This document shows positions 1-9,780 of a DNA stretch of 64,000 bases, piece by piece. A model generated the notes under the pieces. The model made no database searches, was not told where the DNA came from, and worked only from the letters and a program-made list of their open reading frames with translations. The translations under genes and the position numbers were made by a program. The stretch covers positions 442,046 to 506,045 of the forward strand of contig CAVSPR010000004.1 of the NCBI GenBank assembly GCA_963729875.1, given 5' to 3'. Positions within the stretch are counted from its first letter, which is position 1. Each line of letters opens with the position of its first letter. Origin of the DNA: an uncultured Acidobacteriota bacterium. Its GTDB lineage: Bacteria; Acidobacteriota; Vicinamibacteria; Fen-336.

Positions 1-1121
1 AGGTAGAGGCCGTCCTTGCGGTGCCACTTGCCGGCGGTCGCGTGGGCGAAGCTCGAGAGCTCCTTCGGCCGCCCCTCGCCCCAGAAGAACCCGTGGTCCG
101 AGGCGAGGACGAGGACGGCTCCCCGCGCCTCCGCGAGGGCGCGGTAGGCGCCGAGGAGCGCGTCCACGTGCCGGAAGTAGAGCTCCGGCACCCCGGAGTA
201 GCGCGCGTAGTCCTCCTCCGAGACGGTGGGCTGCCGCGGCGGCGCGAAAGGGGCGAAGGTGTGGCCGATGCTGTCGGTGCCCTCGAAGTACACGATCGCG
301 AGATCGGGCTTCTCCTTCTCGATCCACTCCGTGGCGAGGCGGTGGTAGACCTCCGTCTGCACGAGGATCCGCCGCAGCGCGGTCACGGGGTGGGCGTACG
401 GGTCGGCCTTCTTCTCCCTCTCGAGGCGGAGGTACTCCTCGCGGGAGAGCCAGGGCAGGTAGGCGCGCAGCGCCTCGTCGCCCGTGGCTTCCTCCACCGC
501 GCGCAGGGTGTCCCGGGCCCAGCCTTCGCGCTCGGCGGGGAAGACGACGCCGGGCGGCGGTTCCTTCTCCGAGTACAGGAAGCCGCTGAACCGGTCCGAG
601 ACGAGGAGCCCGTTCACGTGCTCGGCGGGGTAGGTGGCCCACAGGCCGAACGTGGCGCTCGTCCGGCCGGCATAGCCGGCCATGTTCCAAACCGCGGGCG
701 CGCGCCTCTCGTCGCTCGTGATCGGCTCCTTGAGGCCGCTGCCGGGCGAGAAGCGGGTGAAGTCGAGGACCCGGTGCTCGAGCGGCGAGACACCGGTCAC
801 CATGCTCGTCCAGACGATGGGGGAGAGCGGCGGGTGGATCGTCTCGAGCGCTCCGCCGGCCCCCTCCGCCACGAGCCGGGCGAGTTGCGGCATGGCTCCC
901 TTCGCGACGTACTGGTCGAGGAGCTGCCAGTCGGCCCCGTCCAGCCCGACGAAGATCACCGGCCGGCCGTCCCGGGCCAGCCGCTCGATCGCGGGAACGA
1001 CGCCCACGCCCCCATGCGCGGCGGGCTGCGACCGCCCGCCGCGCCACCAGGCGAGCGCGGCCAGGGCCGTGGCCACGCCGAGGGCGGCGATCAGCAGGAC
1101 GCGCGTCTTCGGTCGGGTCAT
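1..1121 (-). CDS. AlkP-superfamily type I phosphodiesterase / nucleotide pyrophosphatase-like protein; C-terminus lies beyond the window start
   Basis: Reverse-strand translation reads MTRPKTRVLLIAALGVATALAALAWW... with VIFVGLDGADW and TSMVTGVSPLEHRVLDF motifs typical of ecto-nucleotide pyrophosphatase / AlkP-core proteins. ATG at ~1119-1121 with an N-terminal signal/TM. Not in the ORF track because it runs off the window. Confidence 0.6.
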   Translation of the reverse strand, partial: MTRPKTRVLLIAALGVATALAALAWWRGGRSQPAAHGGVGVVPAIERLARDGRPVIFVGLDGADWQLLDQYVAKGAMPQLARLVAEGAGGALETIHPPLSPIVWTSMVTGVSPLEHRVLDFTRFSPGSGLKEPITSDERRAPAVWNMAGYAGRTSATFGLWATYPAEHVNGLLVSDRFSGFLYSEKEPPPGVVFPAEREGWARDTLRAVEEATGDEALRAYLPWLSREEYLRLEREKKADPYAHPVTALRRILVQTEVYHRLATEWIEKEKPDLAIVYFEGTDSIGHTFAPFAPPRQPTVSEEDYARYSGVPELYFRHVDALLGAYRALAEARGAVLVLASDHGFFWGEGRPKELSSFAHATAGKWHRKDGLY

Positions 1122-1220
1122 GGCCTCGGGTCGGCGGGAGCCGCGAGCATAAAGGGTGGCCCCCGAAAAGGGAAGGGGCCCCGCCGGAGCGGGGCCCCTT
1201 CCGTCACGACGTCGTGACGG

Positions 1221-4124
1221 CTAGAACGTGAAGCGAACGCCGAGCCGGAGGCTGAAGGGCTGGGTGAACGCGACGCCCTTGTCGAGATAGTCGGGGTTGG
1301 TGGCACTCGCCCGCGGGTTGGGGATGGCACCCACAGGGTCGGTCGTGTCCGGGATGTACGCGATGCCGCCGCCGGCGCCGCAGAGGCCGTCGGGGATGCC
1401 CGCGCAGGGATCGCCGTCGGACACCAGGTTGTACCGCTCGTCGTACTGCGCGATGGCCTGGCGGTTGAACAGGTTGAACACGTCCGCGATCAAGTTGATC
1501 CGGGCCTTCTGGCCGACCTTGATCGGGTAGCTCAGGTGCAGGTCGGCTTCCCAGTCGCTCGGGCCGCGGCCCAGCGAGCCGCGCGGCACGAGGTAGTACT
1601 CCCAGTTGGCGTACCCGAAGGAGTAGCCGTAGGCGTTGAGCGGCAGGCCCGAGTAGTAGTAGGTGCTGAAGCCGACGTTCAGGCCGTCGAGGGCGCCCGA
1701 GAACTGGTAGCTGCCGTCGAACTTGAACTGGTGCTTGCGCTCGGCGGAGAGCGGCCCCTGGGCGTTGATCAGGAAGTCGGCGTAGTCGAAGGCCGAGTTG
1801 ATGTTCGGGTCGAGCTGGCCCGTCGAGTTCTGGAAGAGGCCGTCGTAGTTGCCCTCGAGCTTCGTCCAGACGTAGCTCGCCAGGAACTGCCAGTTGTTGG
1901 AGAAGCGCTTCCGGGCCGTGACCTCCCAGCTGTAGTTCTTGCGGTCGACCTTGGGCGCCGGCGCCGAGCCCACGTAGTCGTAGAAGTAGATGGTCTTGCC
2001 GAGGGTGCCTTCGCCCATGTTCGCGATCGCGTAGTTGCCATCCTGGTCGACGAGGAAGTCCTCGATCGCCCGGCCGAGGGTGCGGTAGGTGAACTTGGTG
2101 CCGAGGACGAAATTGGGCGCCACCTCGTACTCGAATCCCCCGAGGTACTCGTCGATGTACTGGCCCTTGAGCTCGGGGTCGACCGGCGTGGCGCCGCCGA
2201 GGGTGCTCGCGCGGGAGGGGGCGGAGGGGTCGTGGAAGATGTCGCTCGGGTTGGAGCTGAAGTTGTAGGCGAACGCCTGCACTTCCCCACCGAACGCGCG
2301 GATGTTGATGTCCTGCGGCACGTTCTCGTAGAACCGGCCGAAGTTGGCGTAGAGCTTGCTCTTGCCGTTCTTCGTGACGTCCCACATGAACCCGAGGCGC
2401 GGGGCCCAGTTCTGGTCGAGCTTGAACGCGCTCTCGCCGAACCGATCCTGCACGTCCTGCAGCTCGTAGCGCACGCCGAGGTTCAAGGTGATGTACGAGG
2501 TGACCTTCCAGCTGTCCTGGAAGTACGCGGAGTAGCTCTTCGAGCGGGGCTCGGAGGTGAGCGGGGCCGCGATCTGCCACGTGGTCGGGTCACTGCGCAC
2601 GTAGCCCGAGGCCTGGTCGTTGATGTAGTAGCGGTGGCGGTAGTAGACGATGCCGGTCGACGCCTGCCGCAGCTGGTAGATGCGCTGGCCGCCGCCACCG
2701 TTCCAGTTGTTGTTGATCGTGTTGGTCAGCTCGTAGTCGCCGCCGATCTTGATCTCGTGCTTGCCCAGGAACTTCGTGAGGTCGAGCTTGAAGACGTCAC
2801 GGGTGAACTCCTGGTCCTGGTGGAAGCCGAAGCCGTTGGCGACGGAGGTCGGGCTGACCGTCTGGTTGATGAGCTGCGGGATCGACTTGCCCGCGCCGTC
2901 GATCGTGCTCTCCTCCTGGTGGCGGCCGTACATGGCGCGGATCAGGAAGGTGTTGCTGAATGTGCCGTCGTAACGGGCCACCATGTCGGTGCTCCCGATC
3001 TTGTTGACGCCGTCCCAGGTGATCGCGGGGCCGGCGACGGTGAAGACGGGGCCGGTGATCTCGCCGGGGTCGCCGAAGATCGAGCCCGTGATGTTGTGGT
3101 TCGGGCTGAGGCTCCAGGTCAGCTTGCCGGCGAAGAGGTCGCGCTTCGTGTCGCGGGCGATGACCGAGCCGGGGACCGGGCTGCCGGGCGTGCTCAGCTG
3201 CCGGATCACCGAGATGTCGTCGGTGCGGTTCGTCCGGTTGTAGGCGCCGAAGAACCAGAGCTTGTCCTTGACCAGGTAGCCGCCGAGGTCGCCGCCGAAG
3301 TCCCAACGGTTGTTGATGTCAGTGACGGTGGTCGTGGTCTCGGGACGGAGGTCGGCCGTGCTGTCGTCGCTCTGGAGAGAGCCGCCCTCGTAGAACCCGA
3401 AGACGTCGCCCTTGAACTGGTTGCCGCCCGACTTGGTGAGGACGTTGATGACGCCGCCCGTCATGCGGCCGTACTCGGCGGGGAGGCCGCCCGTCTTGAC
3501 CTCGATCTCCTCGACGAAGTCGAAGTTGAGGGTCTTGCCCTGGTCGCCGACCTCGACGCCCGTCGTGTTGAGGCCGTCGATGATGTAGTTGTTCTCGGCG
3601 CCGGTGGAGCCGTAGACGACCATGCCGACGCCATCGTCCTGGGTGCCCGCGGCCACGCGCGCGATCGCGTAGATGTCGCGGCGGACCGGGAGGCGGTCGA
3701 AGAGGTCGGAGGTGGCGTTGACGCCCGTGGTCGTGCTCGTGGTGTCGATTACCGGCGACTCGCCGGTCACCTCGATCGTCTCGGACACCGTCGCGACCTC
3801 GAGCCTGACCGGGAGGGTCACGGTGCGGTCGAGGCCGACCACGACGCCGGTCTGGTTCACGGTCTTGAAGCCGGACAGCTCCACCCGGACCGTGTAGGTG
3901 CCCGGGGGCACCGACGGGAAGCGGAACTCACCGCTCTGGTCGGTGGTGGTCGTCTGGACCCCCTGGAGGCTGGGGCTGCTGGCCGTCACGACGACGCCGG
4001 GAATTCCCGCGGCGGAGTTGTCGGTGACGGTGCCCTGGATACGCCCCGACGTCTGGGCGAGCAGCGGGGAGGCGACCAGCAACAGGATCGCGATCGCCAC
4101 GAACGCTCTTACGGATTGTCTCAT
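1221..4124 (-). CDS. TonB-dependent outer-membrane receptor with N-terminal carboxypeptidase-regulatory-like domain
   Basis: 967-aa ORF. Signal peptide MRQSVRAFVAIAILLLVASPLLAQT, then SGRIQGTVTD...TYTVRVELSGFK (CarboxypepD_reg-like), a plug domain (NNYIIDGLN...GGVINVLTKSG) and a beta-barrel ending in an aromatic residue (RLGVRFTF). Confidence 0.85.
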   Translation of the reverse strand: MRQSVRAFVAIAILLLVASPLLAQTSGRIQGTVTDNSAAGIPGVVVTASSPSLQGVQTTTTDQSGEFRFPSVPPGTYTVRVELSGFKTVNQTGVVVGLDRTVTLPVRLEVATVSETIEVTGESPVIDTTSTTTGVNATSDLFDRLPVRRDIYAIARVAAGTQDDGVGMVVYGSTGAENNYIIDGLNTTGVEVGDQGKTLNFDFVEEIEVKTGGLPAEYGRMTGGVINVLTKSGGNQFKGDVFGFYEGGSLQSDDSTADLRPETTTTVTDINNRWDFGGDLGGYLVKDKLWFFGAYNRTNRTDDISVIRQLSTPGSPVPGSVIARDTKRDLFAGKLTWSLSPNHNITGSIFGDPGEITGPVFTVAGPAITWDGVNKIGSTDMVARYDGTFSNTFLIRAMYGRHQEESTIDGAGKSIPQLINQTVSPTSVANGFGFHQDQEFTRDVFKLDLTKFLGKHEIKIGGDYELTNTINNNWNGGGGQRIYQLRQASTGIVYYRHRYYINDQASGYVRSDPTTWQIAAPLTSEPRSKSYSAYFQDSWKVTSYITLNLGVRYELQDVQDRFGESAFKLDQNWAPRLGFMWDVTKNGKSKLYANFGRFYENVPQDINIRAFGGEVQAFAYNFSSNPSDIFHDPSAPSRASTLGGATPVDPELKGQYIDEYLGGFEYEVAPNFVLGTKFTYRTLGRAIEDFLVDQDGNYAIANMGEGTLGKTIYFYDYVGSAPAPKVDRKNYSWEVTARKRFSNNWQFLASYVWTKLEGNYDGLFQNSTGQLDPNINSAFDYADFLINAQGPLSAERKHQFKFDGSYQFSGALDGLNVGFSTYYYSGLPLNAYGYSFGYANWEYYLVPRGSLGRGPSDWEADLHLSYPIKVGQKARINLIADVFNLFNRQAIAQYDERYNLVSDGDPCAGIPDGLCGAGGGIAYIPDTTDPVGAIPNPRASATNPDYLDKGVAFTQPFSLRLGVRFTF

Positions 4125-4302
4125 CTCGGTTCAACTCCTCGTCAAAAGAACGATTTCTGGGACCGGCTGCATCGTGTCCTGGTCCCCTTTGACTCGTTTG
4201 AAAAAACGGGGTCGACAGTACTCTATGCAGGTCTCGTGCCACCCGTTCCGAGCCGTAAGTGCTGACGGATGAGAGGCCACCCCGTGCCCTACCGGAGAAG
4301 CC

Positions 4303-4337
4303 ATCCAATCGACTGGATCGCCTTCAGTCGATTGGAT
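4303..4337. promoter_or_regulatory. Perfect 13-bp inverted repeat ATCCAATCGACTG-N9-CAGTCGATTGGAT in the divergent intergenic region; candidate operator
   Basis: Seen directly in the sequence between the divergently transcribed TonB-receptor gene (start 4124, minus) and the hypothetical gene (start 4407, plus). Confidence 0.3.
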
Positions 4338-4406
4338 CGGCCCGGCGCGCGCTCTCTCCCGACGGGGGCCGGCGCTATAGAATTGCGGCGTCGCCAGGAG
4401 ACCGCC

Positions 4407-4898
4407 ATGGATGCCACTCTCGCCTCCCTTCTCTCCGCGCGCGCCGGCGCGATCGCCTCGGGCCTCGAGGCCTCCCTGCTGGCCCAGGACGCCCCGCACT
4501 ACCGGGACGCGCCGGTCGCGGCGCGGCGGGGGCGCGTCGAGCTCCTCGTCGCCGCGTTCCTCGAGGCGGCCCGCGCGGGCGGCCCCGCTCCCTTCGTCGC
4601 CCACGTCCGGGCAATCGCCGGGGAGCGCGCGGCCGAGGGGTACGACCTCCGCGAGGTCCAGCACGCGCTCGGCGCCCTGGAGGCGCAGGCCTGGCCGATC
4701 GTCGTCGAGGCGGGCGGCGAGACGGACGTCGTCGTGCGGCGCCTCGCCCTCGTCACCGGCATCGTCGGCCGGGGCAAGGACGAGCTGGCCCGCACCTTCC
4801 TCGACCACAAAGAAAGAGCCGAAGCCCGGGCCGCCCAGCTGGCCGACAGGCTCGACAAGCTGTTCAAGGGCACTGACTCGCCGCCTCAAGCGCAGTAG
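4407..4898 (+). CDS. Hypothetical alpha-helical protein, possibly an RsbRD-N-like sensory domain
   Basis: ORF 4269..4898; the first plausible ATG is MDATLASLL at 4407. Strong GC3 bias. No catalytic motif recognised. Confidence 0.45.
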   Translation: MDATLASLLSARAGAIASGLEASLLAQDAPHYRDAPVAARRGRVELLVAAFLEAARAGGPAPFVAHVRAIAGERAAEGYDLREVQHALGALEAQAWPIVVEAGGETDVVVRRLALVTGIVGRGKDELARTFLDHKERAEARAAQLADRLDKLFKGTDSPPQAQ

Positions 4899-4901
4899 CC
4901 G

Positions 4902-5471
4902 TCACGCGGGTCGGGACCCCCCGCGCAGCCAGTGGGGGAGCCGCTCGGCGCAGGACGCGCAGAAGTGCTTTCCCCGCGTGTCCACCCGCTCGATGTTGCC
5001 GGCGAAGCTCATGAGGCAGCCGCGGTCCGGGCAGTGCTCGAGGGTCGCGAGGTGCCCGAGCTCGTGGAGGACCTCGGCGATCGCGCGCTCGTCCCGCAGC
5101 TCGGGGTCCGGCGGCAGGCCGTAGAACGAGGGGTCCGTGCGGAGCAGGGAGACGACGCAGGCGCGTCCCCCCTGCCGGGCGAGGCCGAACACGAACGTGA
5201 AGAGGGGGACCGCGATGTCGTCCCCGGCGACGCCGACCACGAGGCGGGTGTCGCTCGACGCCCGGGCCTCGACCGCCTCGAGGAGCGCGTTCGCGTCGAG
5301 CTGGTCGCGGTTGGGGATTCGCCGGAGGGGAAGCTCGGCGCCGGCCAGCACGTGGCAGGCGACCTCCACCTTGCGGCTCAGCCGCGAAGCCAGCCGCTCG
5401 AGCGTGCCCGGCGGCAGCTCCCCGATGGGCAGCAGGTCGACCGCCTCCGCGAGACGGGCCGCCTCGAACAA
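4902..5471 (-). CDS. Archaemetzincin-like (peptidase M54) zinc metalloprotease
   Basis: HELGHLATLEHC fits the HExxHxxGxxH zinc motif, followed by a CxxC pair (CASC) as in archaemetzincins. Confidence 0.55.
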   Translation of the reverse strand: MFEAARLAEAVDLLPIGELPPGTLERLASRLSRKVEVACHVLAGAELPLRRIPNRDQLDANALLEAVEARASSDTRLVVGVAGDDIAVPLFTFVFGLARQGGRACVVSLLRTDPSFYGLPPDPELRDERAIAEVLHELGHLATLEHCPDRGCLMSFAGNIERVDTRGKHFCASCAERLPHWLRGGSRPA

Positions 5472-5478
5472 GGCCGCC

Positions 5479-6858
5479 TCAGCCCGCGCTCTCCGGCTTC
5501 TTGAGCTCGTACTTGCGGATCTTGTTGTAGAGCGTCACCCGGTCCACGTCGAGGATCCGCGCGGCCTTCGTGATGTTCCAGCCGCTCGCGTCGAGGACGG
5601 CCTGGACGTGGGCGCGCTCGGCCTCGGCGAGAGAGCCGGGGCCCGGCCCGGAGGACGGCGCCTGCGTGATCCGCAGCGGAAGGTCGGAAGCCTGCACGAC
5701 GTCGCCGCGGCCGACCACCACCGCGCGCTCGATGGCGTTCTGCAGCTCGCGGACGTTGCCGGGCCAGGGGTAGGCGGCGAGGGCGTCGAGCGCCTCGGGG
5801 GAGAACCGCATGGGCTTGCGGCTCATCGACTGGGCGAACTTCGCGAGGAACTGCTCGGCGAGCACCGGCAGGTCCTCGGGCCGCTCGCGCAGCGGCGGGA
5901 TGTGGACGTGGACGACGTTGAGCCGCCAGTAGAGGTCCTCGCGGAACGCCCCGGCCTTCACCGCCGCCTCGAGGTCGCGGTTGGTGGCCGAGATGATCCG
6001 GAAGTCGACGCTCACCGGGGTCGTGCCCCCGAGGCGGGTCACCACCTTCTCCTCGAGGACGCGGAGCAGCTCCACCTGCACCTTCGGGCTCACCTCGCCG
6101 ATCTCGTCGAGGAAGACCGTCCCGCCCTCCGCCGCCTCGAACTTGCCCTTGTGGCGGGCGCGGGCCCCGGTGAAGGCGCCCGCCTCGTGGCCGAAGAGCT
6201 CGCTCTCGAGGATCCCCTCGGGCAGGGCCCCGCAGTTGACGACCACCATCGGGTTGTAGCGGCGGGGGGAGGCGCCGTGGATGGCCCGCGCCACCACCTC
6301 CTTGCCCGTGCCCGACTCGCCGGTGATGAGGACGGTCGCGTCCGAGAGGGAGACCGTCTCGACGAGCTCCTGCACGTGGCGCATGGCGGCCGACGTGCCG
6401 AGCAGCGGCGGTGCCTCGGCCTGGCTCTCGAGGCTCTTCTTGAGGCGCACGTTCTCGGCCCGCAGGGAGCGGTGCTCGGCCGCGCGCTTGACCAGCATCG
6501 AGAGGTCGTCGGGGTCGAAGGGCTTGACGATGTAGTCGTAGGCCCCGTTCTTCATGGCCTTGACCGCGGTGTCCACCGAGGCGTAGGCCGTCATGAGCAC
6601 GATGCTCAGCTCGGGGTCGGCGGCGGCGAGCCGCGTCTGCAGCTCGAGGCCGTCCATCCCCGGCATCTTGATGTCGAGGAAGGCGATGTCGTAGCGGTTC
6701 GCGCTGACGAGGTGCAGGGCCTCCTTGCCGCTCTCCACCACGTCCACCCGGTGCCCGTCCTGGCGGAACCAGGCCCCGAGCGAGTCGCGCACGATCGTCT
6801 CGTCGTCGACGATCAGGATCCGCAGCGTGCCGGGGGCGATGCCGGTCGTCGCGCTCAT
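5479..6858 (-). CDS. Sigma54-dependent response regulator, NtrC family (REC + AAA+ sigma54-activator + Fis-type HTH)
   Basis: [20 protein letters not shown] receiver domain with D at DIKMPGMDG. ESGTGKE Walker A, GAFTGA sigma54-contact motif, C-terminal HTH ...ITKAARILDVDRVTLYNKIRKY. Start ATG overlaps the kinase stop (ATGA). Confidence 0.9.
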   Translation of the reverse strand: MSATTGIAPGTLRILIVDDETIVRDSLGAWFRQDGHRVDVVESGKEALHLVSANRYDIAFLDIKMPGMDGLELQTRLAAADPELSIVLMTAYASVDTAVKAMKNGAYDYIVKPFDPDDLSMLVKRAAEHRSLRAENVRLKKSLESQAEAPPLLGTSAAMRHVQELVETVSLSDATVLITGESGTGKEVVARAIHGASPRRYNPMVVVNCGALPEGILESELFGHEAGAFTGARARHKGKFEAAEGGTVFLDEIGEVSPKVQVELLRVLEEKVVTRLGGTTPVSVDFRIISATNRDLEAAVKAGAFREDLYWRLNVVHVHIPPLRERPEDLPVLAEQFLAKFAQSMSRKPMRFSPEALDALAAYPWPGNVRELQNAIERAVVVGRGDVVQASDLPLRITQAPSSGPGPGSLAEAERAHVQAVLDASGWNITKAARILDVDRVTLYNKIRKYELKKPESAG

Positions 6859-8476
6859 GCCTGGTCTCCCGCGAGGGCCGGGGTGCCCTCGCCCTCTCCC
6901 CGGGTCGTCTCCGCCTTCTCCGGCTGGCGCGCCGGCAGGCGGACGGTGAAGGTGGTGCCGCGGCCCGGCTCCGACTGGACGTCGATCGTCCCGTGGTGCC
7001 CGGTGACGATCCCGTAGACGACGGCGAGACCGAGCCCCACGCCCTTGCCCGCTTCCTTGGTGGTGAAGAACGGCTCGAAGATGCGGTCGAGGTGCTCCTT
7101 CGGGATGCCCCAGCCCGTGTCGGCGATCACGATCCGGACGCCGTCGCCGTCGCCCGCGGCCTCGATCGAGACGCGGCCGTCGGAGGGCGTCGCCTCGAGA
7201 GCGTTCATCGCGAGGGCGAGGATCACCTGCTGGATCTGGGCCGCGTCGACGACGACCTTCGGGAGGTCCGGTGCCACCCGCGTCTCGAGCGTGACGCCGA
7301 GCATCTCGGCCTGGTGCTTGAGCAGCATGCGGCACCGCTCGATCACGGGGGCGAGGTCCTCCTCGGCCAGGCGCGCGCCGGACTGCCGGCTGAACGCGAG
7401 GAGGTTGCGCACGATGTCGCCGCAGCGGCCGGCCTCGGAGTCCACCATCTGCAGGATGCGGTCGGTCTCGGCCGCCTGCTCGGGGGTGGGGGGCGGCGCC
7501 GCCCCGGCCGCGAACTGCCGCCGGAGGAGCCGCGCGTAGGTCTTGATGCCGGCCAGCGGGTTGTTGATCTCGTGGGCCACGACCGCGGCCAGCTTGCCGA
7601 GCGAGGCCATCTTCTCGACCACCACCATCTGGCGGTGCGTCTGCTCGAGCTGGTGCGTCTTCTCCTCGACCCGCTGCTCGAGCGTGCGGTTCAGGCCCTC
7701 CAGCTCCTCGCGGGCCTGCTTGAGGTCGCCCGTCATGTCGTTCCAGGAGCGGGCGAGCCCGCCCATCTCGTCGCTCGAGCGCACGGGGACGCGCGCGGTG
7801 AGGTCCCCCTCGCCGGCCCGCTCCATGGCCTTGCGCAGCCGCTTCACCGGGCGCAGGACGAAGGCCCACAGCATCAGGAAGCTGAGCAGGAGCACCGCAA
7901 TGCCGGTGGCGAAGAGCCCGTACTGCATCTGCCGCTCGGAGGTGGCGAGCACGGCGTCGGCCTGGGCCATCGAGAGCCGCACGTCGAGGATGCCGAGGAC
8001 CCGCTGCGACGCCGGGTGCACGTGGCAGGCCGTGCACTTGGGCTCGTTGTAGATGGGGGTGATGATGCCGAGGACGCGCCCGCCGTTCGACCCCGGGAGC
8101 ATCCGGATGCGGTCCTGGCGCTCGAGGCCCGCCTTGGGCTGCTCGCCCGCGTGGCAGGCGATGCACTCGTCGGAGCGCTTGTCGACGATCGTCCCTTCCT
8201 CGGCGGGGGCGGGAGGAGACGCGGACACGCCCCTCCTTGTTGTAGATGCGGACCCGGTCGACGCCCTCCTGGCCGGCGATGTTCTCGATGATGCGACGCA
8301 CGCCGTCGGCGTCGTTGCTGAGCATGCCGTCGTGGGCGGCTCGGTGGACGGTCTCCGCCACGCGGTCGGCGGAGATGCCGACCAGGTCCTCGAGCTGCGC
8401 GCGCTGGCGGTCGAGGCTCAGCTGGTCGGCGACCCAGAGAATGGCCGCGGCCCCGAGCCCGAGGCCGAGGCCCATG
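6855..8476 (-). CDS. Sensor histidine kinase with a periplasmic domain carrying two CxxCH c-type haem-binding motifs, then TM, HAMP, HisKA and HATPase; frameshifted near 8205-8215 in this sequence
   Basis: Intact frame 6855..8228 contains CIACH and [34 protein letters not shown]-box AHEINNPL and G-boxes DTGWGIP / GLGLAV. The N-terminal 83 aa ([21 protein letters not shown]...[15 protein letters not shown]) lie in another frame from ATG ~8476. Joining them needs one indel in a C/G run. Confidence 0.75.
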
Positions 8477-8543
8477 CGGACCGCGAGGCGCCTCCAGGGC
8501 TGGAGGCGCCTCGCGACGGAGGTAGCGGTTCGCAGCGGCGTGG

Positions 8544-9776
8544 TCAGCTCCTCACGGGTACGGCGGCCAGCGTGCCGGCGGGCGCCTCCGACCGGGCCAC
8601 GAGCTCGGGCTCCTCGACCTTCTCCATGATCGGGAGGAAGCGCACGGCGAGGCCGAAGACGGCCATGCCGATCCCCACCAGCATCAGCGTGATGATCCCC
8701 TCGGCGACACTCGGGACGTAGTGGCCTCCCTGGGTCCCCTCGAAGCCGGTGAGGCTCACGTTCAGGCGGTTCACCACGAGGCCGGCCACCACGAGGACGG
8801 ACGCCCGGAACAGCCTCTCGGAGTTGCGGCGGACGGCCGGCAGCGAAAGGAGCACCATGGGGAGGATAACCCCGATCGCCATCTCGAGCTGGAAGAACCG
8901 GGCCTCGCGGCTCCCGGCGAAGATCTCGCCGAGGACCCCCAGGCGCGCCATGTCGGCGAGGCGCACCGTGGCGTAGAAGCCGAGGGCGACGACGAGTCCC
9001 TTGGCCAGCGACTGCAGGAGCGGCATCTCGAGCCCCCTTCCGAAGGCCCGGGAGGAGAGGCGCGACTCGACGATCATCATCGCGAGGCCGCCCGCGATCG
9101 CGGAGAAGTAGAACATCCAGGACAGGAAGGGCGTGTACCAGAGCGGGTGGAGCTTGCCCGGGGTGATCAGGTAGAACGTGCCGAGCGAGGACTGGTGCAG
9201 GGTCGAGATGATGACGCCCGCGATCACCAGGGGCACCGTCGCCGCGTGCTGCACGGCGATCGCCTTCCTCCAGCCGAGCTTCTCGAACACGACGCCCGAG
9301 AACTCGAGGGCGAGGACCGTGAGGTACAGCATCACGCACCAGCCCACCTCGAACATCGGCGAGCGCGGGTTCCACATGATGATCGGGTGCCAGATGTTCC
9401 AGGGCTTGCCGAGGTCGTACATGAGGCCGACCGCGACCAGGGTGTAGCCGAGGAATGCGGTGAGGACCGTCGGCCGCACGATCGGCTTGAAGCGCTTCAG
9501 GTTGAAGACGTAGACGGCGGCCGTGATCGTGAAGCCGCCGGCGGCGAGAGCCACCCCGCACAGCACGTCGAACCCGATCCACAGCCCCCAGGGGAACCGG
9601 TCGGAGAGGTTCGTGACCGCGCCGAGGCCCTTCCAGAAGCGCAGGACGGTGACGACCGCGCCGGCGGCGAGGATCACGCCGAAGAGGTACGTCCAGAAGC
9701 CGGGGCGGAAGCGGTCGTTGGGGTTGATGGGCGTGAGAAGAGGCTGGAAAGGCCTCAGCAGCTTGGGCAGTCGCAT
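8544..9776 (-). CDS. NrfD/PsrC/HybB-family polytopic membrane subunit (quinone-interacting)
   Basis: Multi-TM protein (MRLPKLLRPFQPLLTPINPNDRFRPGFWTYLFGVILAAG...) typical of the NrfD family, immediately downstream of a 4Fe-4S subunit. Start ATG ~9776. Confidence 0.8.
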   Translation of the reverse strand: MRLPKLLRPFQPLLTPINPNDRFRPGFWTYLFGVILAAGAVVTVLRFWKGLGAVTNLSDRFPWGLWIGFDVLCGVALAAGGFTITAAVYVFNLKRFKPIVRPTVLTAFLGYTLVAVGLMYDLGKPWNIWHPIIMWNPRSPMFEVGWCVMLYLTVLALEFSGVVFEKLGWRKAIAVQHAATVPLVIAGVIISTLHQSSLGTFYLITPGKLHPLWYTPFLSWMFYFSAIAGGLAMMIVESRLSSRAFGRGLEMPLLQSLAKGLVVALGFYATVRLADMARLGVLGEIFAGSREARFFQLEMAIGVILPMVLLSLPAVRRNSERLFRASVLVVAGLVVNRLNVSLTGFEGTQGGHYVPSVAEGIITLMLVGIGMAVFGLAVRFLPIMEKVEEPELVARSEAPAGTLAAVPVRS

Positions 9777-9780
9777 GGTG

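Noticed and set aside
1536-4265. 909-aa plus-strand ORF opposite the TonB-dependent receptor
   Set aside because: It is antisense to a well-supported receptor gene and its composition (RG/VE-rich, no domains) is typical of GC-rich antisense frames.
5479-9582. 1367-aa minus-strand ORF spanning the regulator, kinase and NrfD region
   Set aside because: Only its C-terminal 459 aa (the NtrC regulator) are real. Upstream it reads antisense or out-of-frame Arg/Gly-rich sequence. It is a high-GC artefact of rare stop codons.
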